Below the pieces are notes generated by a model. It saw nothing but the letters and a program-made list of their open reading frames with translations. It had not been told where the DNA came from and searched no databases. DNA of 64,000 nucleotides from the human T2T-CHM13v2.0 reference genome, Homo sapiens. The stretch lies in NCBI RefSeq assembly GCF_009914755.1, contig NC_060934.1; one strand, given 5' to 3'. Shown piece after piece: positions 45,057-60,752 of the stretch (its first letter is position 1; each line of letters opens with the position of its first letter). The position numbers and the translations under genes were made by a program.

Positions 45057-45744
45057 CTAATTTTCCAAAAAAAAAAATTAAGAGGAAGAATGAAAAAAAA
45101 ATGCACATACTCCGACCACATTGAGTCAAACCTTTTCGTATAACTTCAAAGTGTTTATTTCAATGAAGAAAAAAGCATTATGTGATTTCTGCCATATGGA
45201 TTATAAAGAAACAAAGTAACTGTAAAAGGCACTAGCAGCTGTCATTCTCACTGAATTTCTAATCCAATTAATAGACATTAATTTTGATATGGTTTAATGG
45301 GACACTGCCAATTAGTTTCAGGCACAACACTGGATATTTTGTATTTAATATGTTTTACGAAAAGCAAATACAGCAGGAGTAAATCTTGAATTTATTAGAC
45401 ATTACAATTTCAAGATATGGCTACATTTTTCAACATTAACCTGGAACTCTGAGAGCTCAAACAATAATATGATGCTGGAACACAAAAATCAGATGATAAG
45501 GACTAGGAATGAGAGTAACCCATTGGCTTTGTGTGTGGTTTGCTAAACCTATAAAATAAAAACACCAACAACCAACGGTGTAAGCCTTTGGTATTTTTTT
45601 TAAGTTATCTATATTCACTGTTTTCTCATTCAAAATTCAGAAAGGAATCCGAAGAGTGGACTTCTGTGATCCAACACACTCAGGTTCAAATGCCAGTTTT
45701 GCCACTGACCTCTCAGTTTGTTTCTTAATCCACAAAAACGTCAC

Positions 45745-46085
45745 TGCATCAGCCAACTCAGGCTGCTGTACAAAATACCATAGACTATGTGACTTAAACT
45801 ACAGACATTAATTTTCTTGTAGCTCTGGAGGCTGGGGGTCTGAGATTAAGGAGCCAGAAGAGTGGGATTCTGGTGAGGACTCCCTTCCTGACACGTAGAC
45901 AGTGCCTTCTCCATGTGTCCTCAGATATCCGTCTCTTCTTCTTCTTATAAAGCCTCCAGTTTTATTGGATTGGGACCCTACCTTTAAGACCTTATTTAAC
46001 CTTAATGACCAAATTAATCTCCAAATATTGTCACATTTGGGGTTAGGACTTCAGTCTAGAACCTGGAAGGGGAGACAATTCAGCA
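45745..46085 (-). mobile_element. MLT1A/B-like MaLR LTR inserted into a MIR (MIR halves about 45650-45740 and 46090-46190)
   Basis: ggctgctgtacaaaataccatagact...ctctggaggctggg...gtcacatttggggttaggacttca. Confidence 0.8.
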
Positions 46086-46268
46086 GTTACATTTATCTCA
46101 CAGGGTTTTTAATTTTACTTCCCGTAAAGCAGTGCCTGGCAGTGGTGAGCATTCAATAATAGGTAGATATTACTAGTATTATTATCGGACATGGTACAAC
46201 ATAAATGTGTCCTTAAAATGCTGAAATAAGAAAAATAACATACTTTCCACATTTATTTCTTCAAATTG

Positions 46269-46576
46269 GTCTGGGCACGGTGGCTCAGGCCTGTAATCCC
46301 AGCACTTTGGGAGGCCAAGGCAGGTGGATCACTTGAGGTTAGGAGTTTGAGACCAGCCTAACCAACACGGTGAAAACCCATCGCTACTAAAAATACAAAA
46401 AATTAACCAGGCAGAGTGGTCTGGGCCTGTAATCCCACCTATTCAGGTGGCTGAGGCAGGAGAATTGCTTGAACCCGGGAGGCAAATGTCGCAGCGAGCT
46501 GAGATCAGCTACTACACTCCAGCCTGGGCAACAGAGCAAGACTCCGTCTCAAGAAAAAACAAACAAATAAAAAAAC
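46269..46576 (+). mobile_element. Alu (AluSx/Sz-like)
   Basis: Full dimer with A-rich tail; TSD caaattg. Confidence 0.95.
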
Positions 46577-48359
46577 AAATTGAACTTTATTTTAGAGGAC
46601 TCTTGCTTTGCAGAACATCTCAAAGTCAAAATTATGTCACTATAATTTTATTAAAATGCTTTTAATACGCAGCAATAGTTTGAAATGACCTAGAAAATAG
46701 ACATGTTAATTGCTCAACAAATAGAATTGTTCGAGATGAAATGTTACCCAAAGTATGTTATTATAATTCAGGAGAGAAAAGTGAAATGAAAAGAGAAAAT
46801 TTAGAATGATTTTTTTAAAGGCTATTAACCCTTTCACTAATATATTTTTTCAATTCCTAGAGAGAGGAAGGGAGAAAGGGCAAGAGAAAGAGAGGTCTCT
46901 TAAAAAATCAATATTTAATATAGATACTCCCCCACCTTTGATTTCCTGCAAAAGCCAATTTTGAAACAAAAGGTTATGGGTCATGATATTATTAAAATCT
47001 GACTTGGAGGATGGTGAAGCTGTAGAGAGATATCAAAAGCCCATGTTTAGCATGCTCTTAGAAAAAAAAGAACAATTAACTTTTTGACCTCACATATCAA
47101 AGGAAACATCAGGAGATAATATTTCCCTTGTGAAACTGGGAAAGAAAGTGAATTCTAGGTAAGAGGGACAGTAGGAATATGCATATTTTGGTTTGGAGAC
47201 ATGAAATGTTGGCTGGATTGCAATTTCATTGAGTCTCTTGGGATTAATTTTGAGACTAACCCCTCCCTAACAATAATGTAACAATAATAATCTAGGGAAA
47301 CCATAGCCTGAACATACAATAGCTCTTGAAAGAGGTTAAAAATAAAACAAACAATACCCTTAACATCTTCTATGCATAACATTTATTTCTATAATTGGAA
47401 AAAAGTACTATCCTGTTTCAACGTATTTCCTCTAATTGGGAAACTGGTTATATAAACAAACAAACTTCAAGATTCAAGATGTTTTGTGTTGCCTAATAGA
47501 AAATCTAAACTCCATAATCTGATATTCGAAGACTTCATTATCTGATCTTATCTCCACTTTTCCTCCCTTACCACATCCTGTCAAGCTGAGCAACTCAGTA
47601 GTTACAACTGACTGTGTATTTTAAATAAAACAAACAAAAAGCTTTGGAAAGTTCCTCTCACTTCAATCCTCTTCCTTAGATTATTTGACCTAATGAAGAA
47701 AGGGGTAAGGAAAAAGGAATCATATTGAGGGCCCAAGAATTAATTATATTCAACTCAATCCTCAGCCTTGTTTAACTAACCACGTGTCTCTGGTAAGAAC
47801 AAAGTGCTCTCTGCTCTTTTAGTTTGGTTAATCTAAGGAGCGAGGTTCTGCAATGGTTTTACAGCAAATATCTCCCAAAATTATGAAAGCTTATTTTGGA
47901 ATGTTCTTCTCTTGCACGTCTATCCACCAACATTCTACTTGTATTTTAAAGGCACAGCAGGAATTAATCTTAACCTGTACTTCTCTTGTGGCCCAACACA
48001 TGCTGTACTGTTTTATAGTTATGTGTGTATAAGACTTCGCTTTCCTAATGCAAGCTCCATGAAGGAAGGTCCTGGGTCTTATATATTCCTTATATCTCTT
48101 TCCTCTTCCCACTCCTTCATTTTCTTTTCTCCCCAGTGGAATCACAGTGTGTTACTAAGTCTCAAATTAATGCTTACTAAGCAAATGTTTAAATATTTGA
48201 ATGCCCGAATTTATGAAGGAAGGAAGGACTGAGCAAATAAAGTCAATAGAGACTACTGATATCTACAAGGAGCTTTCATTTCAAGAGGTCTGGTATCAAG
48301 TAACCTCTTCCAGCTATGAACCTTGAATTATTATATGTTAGTGAGACCCTGTATAAATT

Positions 48360-48560
48360 TCAGAAACTTAGAAGACCCAAATTTGAATCCTGCCTTTTCC
48401 ATGCACTGATCTTTGGAAATTCACAACCTTCCCTGAAACTGAATGTCCTCATCTGTAAAATGGGGAAAATAATACCCATCTCATAGTGTAGTTATGAGGA
48501 TTAAATAAGACAATGTATGCAATGAGATTGACACTTTAGGTGCTCAATAAATGTACTTGC
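48360..48560 (+). mobile_element. MIR
   Basis: cctcatctgtaaaatggggaaaataatacccatctcatagtgtagttatgaggattaaataag. Confidence 0.85.
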
Positions 48561-48693
48561 TGCTTTGCCTAGACTCAGCTCTGAAAATGTACTCACAGCT
48601 ACATACTTGTTATTTATGCTTATGAAGGACTCTTAGAGGACACCCAATTAGGAGACTGTTTCTTTATATAATTTATAATGACTTATATTTTTA

Positions 48694-49098
<405 letters not shown>

Positions 49099-49595
49099 TT
49101 ATGCTTAACTTCACAATCAATGTTGAGGCAATTACTGTCACACTGCCATGGTTTGCATGGAGCATTTGCCCATCACTACCTACAAGATGCTGCCCACTCA
49201 GGGCCCTGCCCACCTCTTGCTCTCTCTTGCTTGCCATTCTTCCAACTGTGTTCATATAACAGTGTTCTTCTTCCAGTTCTCAAAAAAAAAAAAAAAAAAA
49301 AGCAAGTGCTGTCCCAACTGAAGCCCTCACATATGTATTTCTCTCTTTAGAAATACCCCCTCTCTCTTACTTTTAACCTGATTATTTCATATCAGTTATA
49401 TGGGACTTCAGAAAACTTTCCTTGTTCCTCAAGTCTAAATTAGCCCTCTCTGGTCACTTTTATGCCATAGATTTTCAATATTTATAATTACATATGTGCA
49501 TATGTATATGTGTGTATTTGATATCGTTTAAGTGTTGACTCCAAGCAATTCTAAATAACGCAAGCACCAGAACTGTGCCTGTCTGCTCAAAAGTG

Positions 49596-49928
49596 CAGTC
49601 ATCCCTTAGTATCTGGGGGGGATTGGTTCTAGAAACCCTGCAGGTAGCAAACACTGCAAATGCCTAACTTCTTTATATAAGATAGTGTAGTATTTGCATA
49701 TAACCTATGCATATCCTCCCTATGCTTTAAATCATCTCTACATTACTTATAATACCTGATATAGCTGTAAATGTTATGTAGATAGTTGCTGTACAGTATT
49801 GTTTTTTATTTGTATTATGTTTTAGTGTCACATTGTTGTATTTTATTGTGTTTTTTTTCCCAAATATTTTTGATCTGCAGTTGGTTGAATCCGCAGATGT
49901 GGAGCCTGCATATATGAAGGGCTGACCG
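49596..49928 (+). mobile_element. MER2 (TcMar-Tigger) DNA transposon within an L2 remnant
   Basis: TIRs cagtcatcccttagtatc... / ...atatgaagggctgaccg followed by TA; body matches recalled MER2. Confidence 0.88.
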
Positions 49929-51937
49929 TATACTCTCTGCTCCTTCCAGAGTATCTGGCATGTGATGAGCTCGCCACAAACATTTAGTGATTCGATAAGG
50001 CTCTGGTTGATTTACAGTTTCTACTTTCCTGACACTCTGTTGCTGGTTTGAATAAAAATTTCTTCTTGAAATGTCATCATAAATTGATTTTTATTGGAAG
50101 ATTTACAGAAGAAAACTAATTTTATATGTTCTGCTCCTATGAAAAATTTAATATTTTAGTGTGATATCTTTGCCATTAATTACTATTTTGAGGGTTTGCA
50201 GTATTCTTGATCATGTGTTGTCTGTGCAATTCATTTTTAGAGCAAAGAAGAGTGTGAAGTTTAAAAATTAATAAACCAGGTTTTATTTTAGTCTTTGTCT
50301 TGATGGCATTAGGAGTAAGGAGATGTGGAGTACCTTGTATGACGACTAATACCATGGAAAGATCTGGCCAACTAACAAATCATTTATATCACGTTTCTGG
50401 ATAACTGTTTATAAACATACAATATATTGGACTGATAAAAGCTGATAAGTATATGATTCAATGACTAATACATGTCCAAGTGAAAAATTTTTACAAATGG
50501 ACAATACCCTATTACCAGTGAGCTATCTGCCCTTAGAAACTCAGATTTATTAGAATCCCAATTACCTGTCAGAATACCAAACTTGTCCAATATGAATTCT
50601 TCAATGCCAAATTACTTTGCTCAACTATATTTTCATATAAAGCCCTCTTAAAATCTTTCTTTTCCATGAAGTTGTGTTTTTTTGTTTTAATTCCATAGCT
50701 CTTAGCCTACCTACCAATTCTCTCCCAAGTACACAAGCAGGAGCACCATCTCAAAGGAGTTTTTTTCTTTATATATTTACTTGTTTACTTAAAAATTCAT
50801 TTGTTTTGTTTTATTTGTTTATGAAATATGTATATATATATAGGTCTTGCTACATATTAGACACTGCTCCAAGCTTTTTAAAAGCTTTACTCATTGCTTT
50901 TGTCAGTTCATTTCATCCAAAAGTAAAATATTGTTTACCATACAAAGTTGTCATTTCAACAAATTATAATGTTTTCTACAAAATGATATGTCATGACATT
51001 TAGCAATTTAGCCCTGCAGTAGATTTTATTTACTTTGACTCACCATTAGTCTAGAATTAGGATTCCATTTTTCTCTTTCTAAAAATGACAATTATTAATG
51101 TTTTCTTATTGAAAAAAATAACATCCATTCATTTTTATTAACAAATAACAGTATAAGTAAGCCTATAGAAGAAAAATTAGCCATATCACTACCCTGTTTA
51201 GTTTTTCTCTGTCTGTCTTCTGATCATATGTATATATCTGAAAATGGATAATATTTAAGTGAAGCAAAAATAATATTCAAAATGTACTTCAATTGAATCC
51301 AGATTTTATTTGTATTTCATTTCTCAATATTTTCTCCTCTACAAAAACAGAGTGAAGTTGTAAGAATACTAGACCCAAGTTTCAAAATCTCATGTTAAGT
51401 GAGATTTTGCATGTCCTCCGTAAAATTTCTGGAGCACTTTATAAAAGTTTATTTTCGTGGAAATCAAAAAACCAGGTCATGATATTCTTTTCTAAGTCCC
51501 TAAACCTGTCTAACAATGCAAAGGTTGTCTGTCCTTCTTACATGTAGACTCATTTGTCTAAGTGGGCCTTAACATGTATGATTTCCATCAAGGCTGCTTG
51601 GCAAAGGCTTTCTGTTAGTGTGTAAGGGGAATATGATGACCAATATAACAACCTCAGTATTTCCTCTACCTCTCTTCAACTCCTCAACGTGAACCCAATG
51701 TTTTTGTGGAACACAAAGCCTCTGAATGCCTGGGAAGTCACCAGTGTGATCCCAGCCACCACCCATTAATCTTCTTAACTAGCATGTCCCTCATCATTAC
51801 CTCCCTTCCCAAAGCCCTTTGCATGTGCCTGTTCCCTGGCAAGAAAGCCTCAACTAAATGGCCAAGAGCTAATGAGAATTCCCCCCAAAATGGAAAATTG
51901 AATATAAATGAGAAAGTTTTAAAAGGTGCCAAGATCA

Positions 51938-52244
51938 GGCCCGGTGCAGTGTGTCACGCCTGTAATCCCAGCCCTTTGAGAGGCCGAGGTGGGCGGATAA
52001 CAAGGTCAGGAGATCGAGACCATCCTGGCTAACACGGTGAAACCTGTCTCTACTAAAAATACCAAAAAAAAAAAAAAAAAAATTAGCCGGTTGTGGCGGC
52101 GTGCGCCTGTAGTCCCAGCTACTCGGGAGGCTGAGGCAGGAGAATGGTGTGAACCTGGGAGGCAGAGCTAGCAGTGAGCGGAGATTGGGTCACTGCACTC
52201 CAGCCTGGGCAACTGAGGGAGACTCCATCTCAAAAAAAAAAAAA
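51938..52244 (+). mobile_element. AluY with expanded central A-tract
   Basis: AluY diagnostics (gagatcgagaccatcctggctaacacgg, ggagaatgg.gtgaacc); TSD gtgccaagatc; canonical TTTT/AAAA endonuclease site at 51917-51924. Confidence 0.95.
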
Positions 52245-53579
52245 GTGCCAAGATCGGTGGATAGGTTTGTTTATTCAGTGATCTTAAGGATAGACCAGAC
52301 AAATAATGACAGAAGAGACAAGGAGGAACTTCAAATGGGTTGAGAAAATCCATTGCAATGAAATCTTTCTTTGTATTTCCGAAGCCCTTGAAGATTGTCT
52401 ATATTCAGATTTTGTAAAGAGAAGATACTACTGAATGTGACTCTTAGTTATAATTTTCATTGTTTGTTGTTGCAATTTAAAAAAAGTCATATTCCCAAAT
52501 AATGATATAAACTAATAGCAAAATTAGTACCCCATATACCTCACTCAATCTAAAATTTTCCAAGAGTAGGCCTAAAGCAAGCACAAGCTTTATTACAATT
52601 GAAGTTGTTCACAAACTCCAGCAATATGTTTCACTATTACTAAACTAGTTATAGTGACAAAATATGAATCCATTTGAGGATCTACATACTATCTTTCTCA
52701 TAAAATATTTCAGAAGAAAAGAAAATCATGGCATCCTCCTAAATGAATTGTTCCAATTGAAATCCTAACTGTCACCATCATGATATTCTTTCAACCTGAA
52801 AAGCACATCTTTCTTTTCTGCACTCATAACCACTACTACCTCAGAAATCATTTACCTCTGAAATGGTCCTTGTCAACAAGCCCACCTTACTGATTGTATC
52901 TTGATTCTGCAGGCTTTCCACACTCTTGGACTTAATTTGTGAAAATTTATTTGGTTCTCTAAATGTCATTTTATACTGTTCTCATATAACTATACATATT
53001 TTCTATTTTTTATAAAACCACCATGACAGCATCTGGTACAATAAATGCTTATTTAATGAACAAATGAACTTATATTGCTGCCGACTACAGGAACTTTAAT
53101 GCTCTCTGAGAAAATAAAATGCATTATAATTGTTATTTGTGTTAGGCTTTAGTTTATTTCATTCTAAATAAAGATGATAGTACTTATTTCTGTTCTGTAG
53201 AGGAGATTGGTTCTTTAGGACGAAAGTTAAAATAGTCTAGAATTTTCCCCCTTTTCTCCCTTTTATGTCCTGTTTTGGTTTTACAAGAATGTTTGCTTGT
53301 GCAAGAGTGTATCTGAGCCAGACACTCTTGTATGTAGTGTGGACTTCCCTACATTGTGTTCTAAGCAAAATCATCGCAGTCTTCCTTTAGCTGGTCACTT
53401 GAGTTTTACCCTCATAATTTAAAAAAAAAAAAAAAAAACACCAACAGAACTTTGACCCTTTCTCTACTACAGAAAATCCTTGACCCTAAAAATTATGTAG
53501 TAATGTAGTTACTGTATACAAAACATAACAAATAAGTTGATGGAGTAAGGGGAGGACTCAACACAGGATTACCAAGCTT

Positions 53580-53995
53580 TCCATCCTGGGAAGAAGAATC
53601 CTTCTCCAGACCTCTAAGCTGTAGCTTCCCCATCTGCAAGCAGAGGCATAAAGGCACTACCAGGGCTATTGTGAGGATTGAATGAGCTGATGTGTGCAAT
53701 GCCAATGCCTGGCTCAATAAATGTGAGTGCTCACCTGATGCTAGGAATTGTTTTCATTATCTATTATTGTCAGTTGTGACCTTGGATAAATGATTTATTG
53801 TTGGTGTGCATTAGCGTACTCACCCTAAAATGGTAATTAAGATGGCAACTAATGTATAGGGTCATTGTAAGGATTACATGAGATAAGGGAAAGAAAGCAG
53901 GCTGTAGCATTGTCAGTACTCAATAATTGATAAGTGGTGCCACCTCCATTATCATCATCACCATCATCATTTTCATCACCATCGTCATCACTAGT
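53580..53995 (+). mobile_element. Two MIR fragments followed by (CAT)n low-complexity sequence
   Basis: MIR cores (attgtgaggattgaatgag; attgtaaggattacatgagataa). Confidence 0.65.
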
Positions 53996-55161
53996 ATTAA
54001 GAGACTGTCTGAGAATGGCACTAGCCAATTTATTTTGAGGCTATTTCAGGTAGATTAAAATGTGTATGGGACAGGAAGCTCAACCTGGGAAATAAGAAAG
54101 CAAAGGAACACTACAGGAACAACCCCACCCCCTCTTCCAGGGCTACAGCAGCACTGATGTTAGAGAACCTCTTTATGTGCTTAAGGATGACCGATTTTTA
54201 TTCTAATAAGTGGATAACATTAAGTCAGTTGTACATTATCTACCTCTTTGAGGTCAGTCAGACAAAACAAAGATAAAATATAACCCATCTCCTTAAATAA
54301 CTATAGGTAATAGGTTTATATTCAGAGAAAAGTAACAAAATTGGCGTTCACCCTGGCATGTTACATTAACAAGCCTTATATTCTTAATATATTTTCAATA
54401 TGACTTTCCAAAAAAGTACATTTCATAAAGTGCCTACATTAAATTTTTTTTTAAAAAAAAGGAAAGAAACTTATTTTTAACAAAACATTTTATATACCAA
54501 AGGCCTTTTTGTCCTAGTACCAAGACTTTACAGGAACTTCCAGGGTAGTGGGGAATATACACATGGGGAGAATAAACCTTGATGTAAATGTGAATTTTTC
54601 CACCGTTGGAAAAAAACTTAAGGTATTCAGATTTGTCCTGATGCTGTATGCATAATGTCACTGCCATGAGAAGAAATGCATGAAATTTAAAAGTAGGAAT
54701 ATATTTATACTGACTTATAGGAGCTGCCCATGCTAATTTGTACTTTGTTTTTCTCCAGTCAAGTACAAGAAGTGAAAAAAAATATATCAGTAAACTTAAT
54801 TTTCAGTTCTAAATGTCTCAGTTGAACATGATCATAAAGAAAGCATAGCCATCATTCAGAGGTTCCATTTCTTGGAGCTCCCATTCTACTTGCAGACATA
54901 ATTATTACATTGATCTGAAGTCTTATGTGAGGCAAAAGAAGGAAATATGACTTCTTCTTGGGAGTAAAGCATGGTACTAATTTTTGAAGAAGACTCTTGT
55001 CCTAAACCATGACTTGGATTACTAAGAACAAAGTCATTTGCTAATAACATTCAGTGTGTGCTTCCCAAAATGATGCACATTTAAGTCACCCTTCTGCACT
55101 GAGTTCAAGACTCAGGATATAAAACACACATTCCCACAAGCATACAGGAAGATAACAAATA

Positions 55162-55782
<621 letters not shown>

Positions 55783-56509
55783 TAGAATAAAACCTCAGAT
55801 ACACTAAAAAGCTAAAGAGAGATTTCAGGCAACTTGGACACGAAGTGTGAAGAGGGAGAGAAATTGTTTATCTTCTGGGAGAATTTCCAGTGCCCAAGTT
55901 GGCCATATGGAAGTCACAGGGTCTCCTTTCAAATCCCTCTATCTCATCCTCTCTGGGGTCCAAAAACATTGGGGTGGGGAGTGGAGGAGGAAGAGTTTTA
56001 TTTCCAAACCTTCTCTCTGGCATTTTCATAAACATTTTTGATGGAGGAAAGCACATATTATCACATACTACAGAATTACATCATACAAAGTTCTCCCGCA
56101 TTGCTTAAAACTTATACATCAAGATCAAATTTCACACAGTATGCATCTGTCAAGTCTAGGTTTTCAATTTCACTGCTGAACTTTTCAAATGCAATTGAGT
56201 GATCTAAACAGATTTCAGTGAATTTTTTACAAAATTGGTTTGAATTTGAGATCAATTTAGGATAGAATCCTTTCTGTTTCCTAACTTGTCTTTTCTGTTT
56301 TCAGCTGTGAGCCATCCAGATAATTTCTAATACACAGTGTTTAAAATGAAGTATTGTAAAGTTAAAGAAATTCGGAAGAGTTTTTAACATGGAGTCTAGG
56401 GATACTGGAATAATAAGAAAAGGGGAAGAGTAGAAAAACAGTATTAATCGGTCATTTGAGGGTATGTCAGAAATATTTCAAGGCTCATGACGATTGCCCC
56501 TTTTGTTAT

Positions 56510-56865
56510 CCTCCCCATGCCTGGCTGGCTCCCTCTCTTCTCTAAGGCCTCAGCTCAAAGGTCACATCCCCAGCCAGGCCTCTCTGACCATCCAGTGGCA
56601 CCTTCCCCTGCACACCCCCCTCACTCTGTCACCCAAACCACTGGGGCCTTCAGAGTTCTGATCACTCATTTGTTCACTTGTTTTCTGTTACCTATTAATT
56701 CATCTGTTTATTAATTACTCACATCTTTATTTTCTAAGCCCCTTGACTAAAATGTGAGGTTTGCGAGGGCAGAATTTTGCCTGTTTATTCACTTCCATAT
56801 TCTCAGTACTTGAATAATGCCTGACACAATACAGTAGATGTTCCGTACACTGTTGTTGAAAGAAG
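56510..56865 (+). mobile_element. L2 3' end
   Basis: ctcagctcaaaggtcacatcc...gagggcagaattttgcctgtttattcact...tgcctgacaca. Confidence 0.8.
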
Positions 56866-57079
56866 AGTGAAAAGACTCTGTGCCTTCTCCAGAGAAAACT
56901 ACTCAAGGTTGTCTAATTCACCTGCCCACCCAGGAGGTTCCCTCCCTACATGGCCTTCACACACCTCTCTCCGGATGCAGCTCTCACCCATTCTTCCTGT
57001 GACAGCTCAAATGCTGTCAAGTTCCCTGTTCCCGACCCAATATTCTGCAGCATATCCTTTCTCCTCTGAACTGCTGGAG

Positions 57080-57300
57080 TGAGTAAGATTGGGAGCCTGG
57101 AGTCTTCACTCTTCTCTCTCAACTGACAACTAACTGGTCCCAAAAGGGATGACTTAATAACTCTGTGCCTCAGTTTTCTCATCTAAAAACGGGAGAAAAC
57201 AGAGAAACAATATAAACTACAGTTTTTGAAAGGATCAAATGGGACTATCTGTGTGGAACACTTGGAAGATTCTGGAAGATAGGAAATGCTAAATATTCAT
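57080..57300 (+). mobile_element. MIR
   Basis: actctgtgcctcagttttctcatctaaaaacggga. Confidence 0.75.
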
Positions 57301-57907
57301 AATTATTCTGATACCAGCACATTTGAGCACTGTATCAAAATGCTACCTTTTAAAATGTCGACCGTGTTTGTTTTCTGTTTTTTTGTTTTTTTTTTTTTTT
57401 GGTCTGGTCACACAGTGTTTAGCATAGTATCATATCATGCTTGCTCATTAAGCAATTCAAAAATACTTGTCTGATTGAACTTAATAAAGTAAAAGGAAAT
57501 GAGAGATAACAAAGCAAGGTGACCAAATAGGTGAGTTATTATTTATTAACTCACAAATGATATTTTCCTTGGATTTATCTGGGGAAGAAAACTCAGTGCT
57601 TAAAATTGTATACTTTTGCCAGTAAGTTCAACCTAGCTTTCTACTTATTCTCAGATAATGCCTGCTTTCGAGTGAACAGCCTTCAAACTTGTCACAGTCT
57701 TAGTAATTTTTTTCTATCCCTGAGGAATATTTTATTGGCTGGAAAGCAGCTGAAATGTTGACTTTTATTTGACTTTACCTAAATGGTAATTCACAGATCC
57801 ATTGGATTGTTGCCCAGACAATAGAAAATAAAATCAAGAAAATCTTAAGCCAAGTGATATTCATTTTCATCTTACAGAAATGTAATTAAATATGCAGGTG
57901 AAATAGA

Positions 57908-58122
57908 TAAATATTAGGTGAAAAAAAGCAAACTCCAGGAGTACATATTTTTTTTAGCTTAACGGGGGACATGTTGTTGGCTCACCCTCTCTATTCTATA
58001 GGATTCCAACAAATTAAATATTAGGTGAAAAAAAAGCAAACTCCAGGAGTGCATATTTTTTTTAGCTTAACGGGGGACATGTTGTTGGCTCACCCTCTCT
58101 ATTCTATAGGATTCCAACAAAT
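57908..58122. repeat. Tandem duplication, two units of 107/108 bp
   Basis: 57908-58014 and 58015-58122 differ only by A7 vs A8 and one A/G substitution. Confidence 0.97.
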
Positions 58123-59719
58123 CAAACCTCTCCAACTGGCGAGTTACTAGTGTTGATGTAATGTTGCTTGTCCCTGGACAGCTGAGCTCAGCAATTCCAG
58201 TTCCATGTTTCCTTTCCAAAGGATAGCTAAAGAAACATTCACTGGATAAGTGTCATATGTTTGCTGTGTTTCAAAATATTTAGTTCACATTTTCCTCTAT
58301 AGCTCTATTTATTGTTCCACAATTTCTGTAGATTGGACTCGTTTGGGTCCAAGTGTAAATTTGAATTAAAAGAACAATACTCAAAGTAGCCCAGAGTAGT
58401 CCAAAGGAAGTTCATGGATCTGATTTTCAAAGAAAAGAACTTTTCCACCTTATATATGTATATATTTTAGTCCATCATTCATGTTTAGTCAATCATTCTG
58501 TCTATTCTAATTTATTCCTCTTTATTTATTTTCAATATGGAAGGTTTTTTTTTCCTTTTCGCCTTCCCTTTCTCCTCCTCCTTTGCTCCTCATTTCAACT
58601 TGTAGAAACAATGCTTTCAATTGATACAAAGGACAATTCTTTTACATTTTTAAAAAATGTAACCATAATATACACAACTCTATAACTTTAGTGTCCTGAT
58701 AATATATCATGGACATTCCTTGAGTTTAGTGGTTAAAATCTAGCTCATTATTTTTAATGTCAGCAAAATAGCCTATAGTATGAATATTTCACAATTCTTA
58801 ACTATTCCTCTGATGGACAATCAGTATGCTTTCAGCTTTACTTTCCACAAACAAGATGGATATTAATATTTTTGCTCATGTCTTCACATATGGGTACCTT
58901 TAGTTCTACAGGGTTGATTCCAAAATATAAGACTATAAGAGCAATGGAAAAAAGGCTTATCTATATATAGATTAATGCATATTAATATTTTTCTATATAG
59001 AGGTATAGATGTTGCCATAATGTTTACTTCATCTCTATTTAATTCCATCAGCCTAGATTTTCGAATGGAAATTTTTTCTTAACACTCAAAAACAAAAATT
59101 ACACCTTGCTTTACTCAGAATACTTCACCTAGAAAGGGAATGTTCCCCAAATTGAACGTTTTTTCATTGTTAACATATTATTTCAAGGATAATTTCCTAC
59201 ATGTTTTAGCAGCCCATGTTCTGATTTTTTATTCTCACATTTATGACAGAATAGTGTGTGGGCTTTTTCCACCACAAAAATGAGCATATGTCTATATTCA
59301 GTTGTATTTGGTAACATCAATAGAATAAAGCATTATTAATCATATTCCTATTTAGACCATTTACCAAGACTCATTTGTTGCTGAAATTTTATACTAAGTC
59401 AAATCAATCAACTTTTTTCTTTGCTTATTTTCAAATATGAGTGTAGATACTATGCCAGCAAGATTTTCCTTGAATTCATGTTATAATGCACAATATATAT
59501 AATGGGTCTGTTCTTCCAAAATAAAGGTGAGAATTTTTTTTTTGACGTTTTTGCCTGGAACCAATGGTTTATTGGCTAGTCACTCAAGTAAATTTGTCTG
59601 ACTTGTGCGGACATAAAGTGTGCCTAGTTGATACAATAATATTTTTAATAAGAAGAAAATAAAGAAAAATCTTTGGATTTAGAAAAGATCATTGCTTTCT
59701 TATTCATCACCAGTCAACA

Positions 59720-59890
59720 TATATTATTTTATATAATTCTCTAATCACCTATGAGGTAAGTATTCACAGGTAAGAAATTGAGGCTGAGACATTAAGTAGC
59801 CTGCTCAAGGTCTGACAGCAAGTAGGAAAACCCAGATTTTACCCCATTATCTGTCTGATTTTGAGGTGCGTACTCTAAACACTAGTATAT
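59720..59890 (-). mobile_element. MIR
   Basis: acaggtaagaaattgaggctgagacattaagtagcctgctcaaggtc. Confidence 0.75.
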
Positions 59891-60752
59891 CCCCAGTTCC
59901 CCGTATAACTTGACTTATTGACCATCACTCATTTTTATCCCAACCATTTTTCCTCTCTCGGTTGTAAGTCACATGTCAGTACCAATCAGCAGTAAACAAA
60001 GATGTAGACGTGAAGGTAAAGTTCCATTGGCTATAGTATTTACACACAACAGGAATGTTTGACTTAATGCGAGTTAAGGCCTCTGGTCTACTCTTGGAGG
60101 GGGAGAGCAGCCCCTCTTCTGAGGCTGAAGGTCTCCTAGAAACTCTGGCGGTTGGTGGCAGGACTATTTTCCAATGAACAGTTTTCAGCCTCAGACTTCA
60201 TCTTTCTGTGACCAAAGATATTTCCACTCTGGCTTATTAAACCTACTCAGTCAAAGTTAAATCAATGTTATATGACCTGCTGAGTGAACAAACACTTTTC
60301 TCCCCCTTTGTTTCTTTATCCCTGAGGCTTACTTGGGAAACTAACACCATTTTTCTTTGAGATTTCCAAAAGGCACACTGGAAAGTACCTCAAATGTCTC
60401 ACGCTTAATAAATTCTTCATGGGGGTGGGGAGGTGGAGCCAGGGGTAGTCACATTCCCATCCTGGTCGTATTAAATTAGGATTGTTCTTGAATAATTTCA
60501 GCATTGATAATTCTAGAAATTTTTCAACAGTAGAAAATGTAAGTAAGATTCACATCATCTTCAGAGGCAACATGTTTTCTTCCGTGAACTGTCAGGAAAT
60601 ACAAAGCCTTTTGTAGTTTAGTATGTAAAACTGTAGAGGGGTTGTTTCATTTTTTTTGAACACAATGACTATAATGCCATTGTGTATGTAATTGTAAATT
60701 GCCTAATACCATTTTCTCCTTTCTCATAGCATGAGATATTTTTAATGTATTG

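Noticed and set aside
49214-49301. Orphan A20 tract as the pyrimidine tract of a 65-nt cryptic exon
   Set aside because: The acceptor would be GAG (disfavoured) and the donor GTGGGC is weak.
53300-53332. Small bulged hairpin caagagtgtatctg-agc-cagacactcttg
   Set aside because: Too short for a structured RNA gene; no TSD or family recognised.
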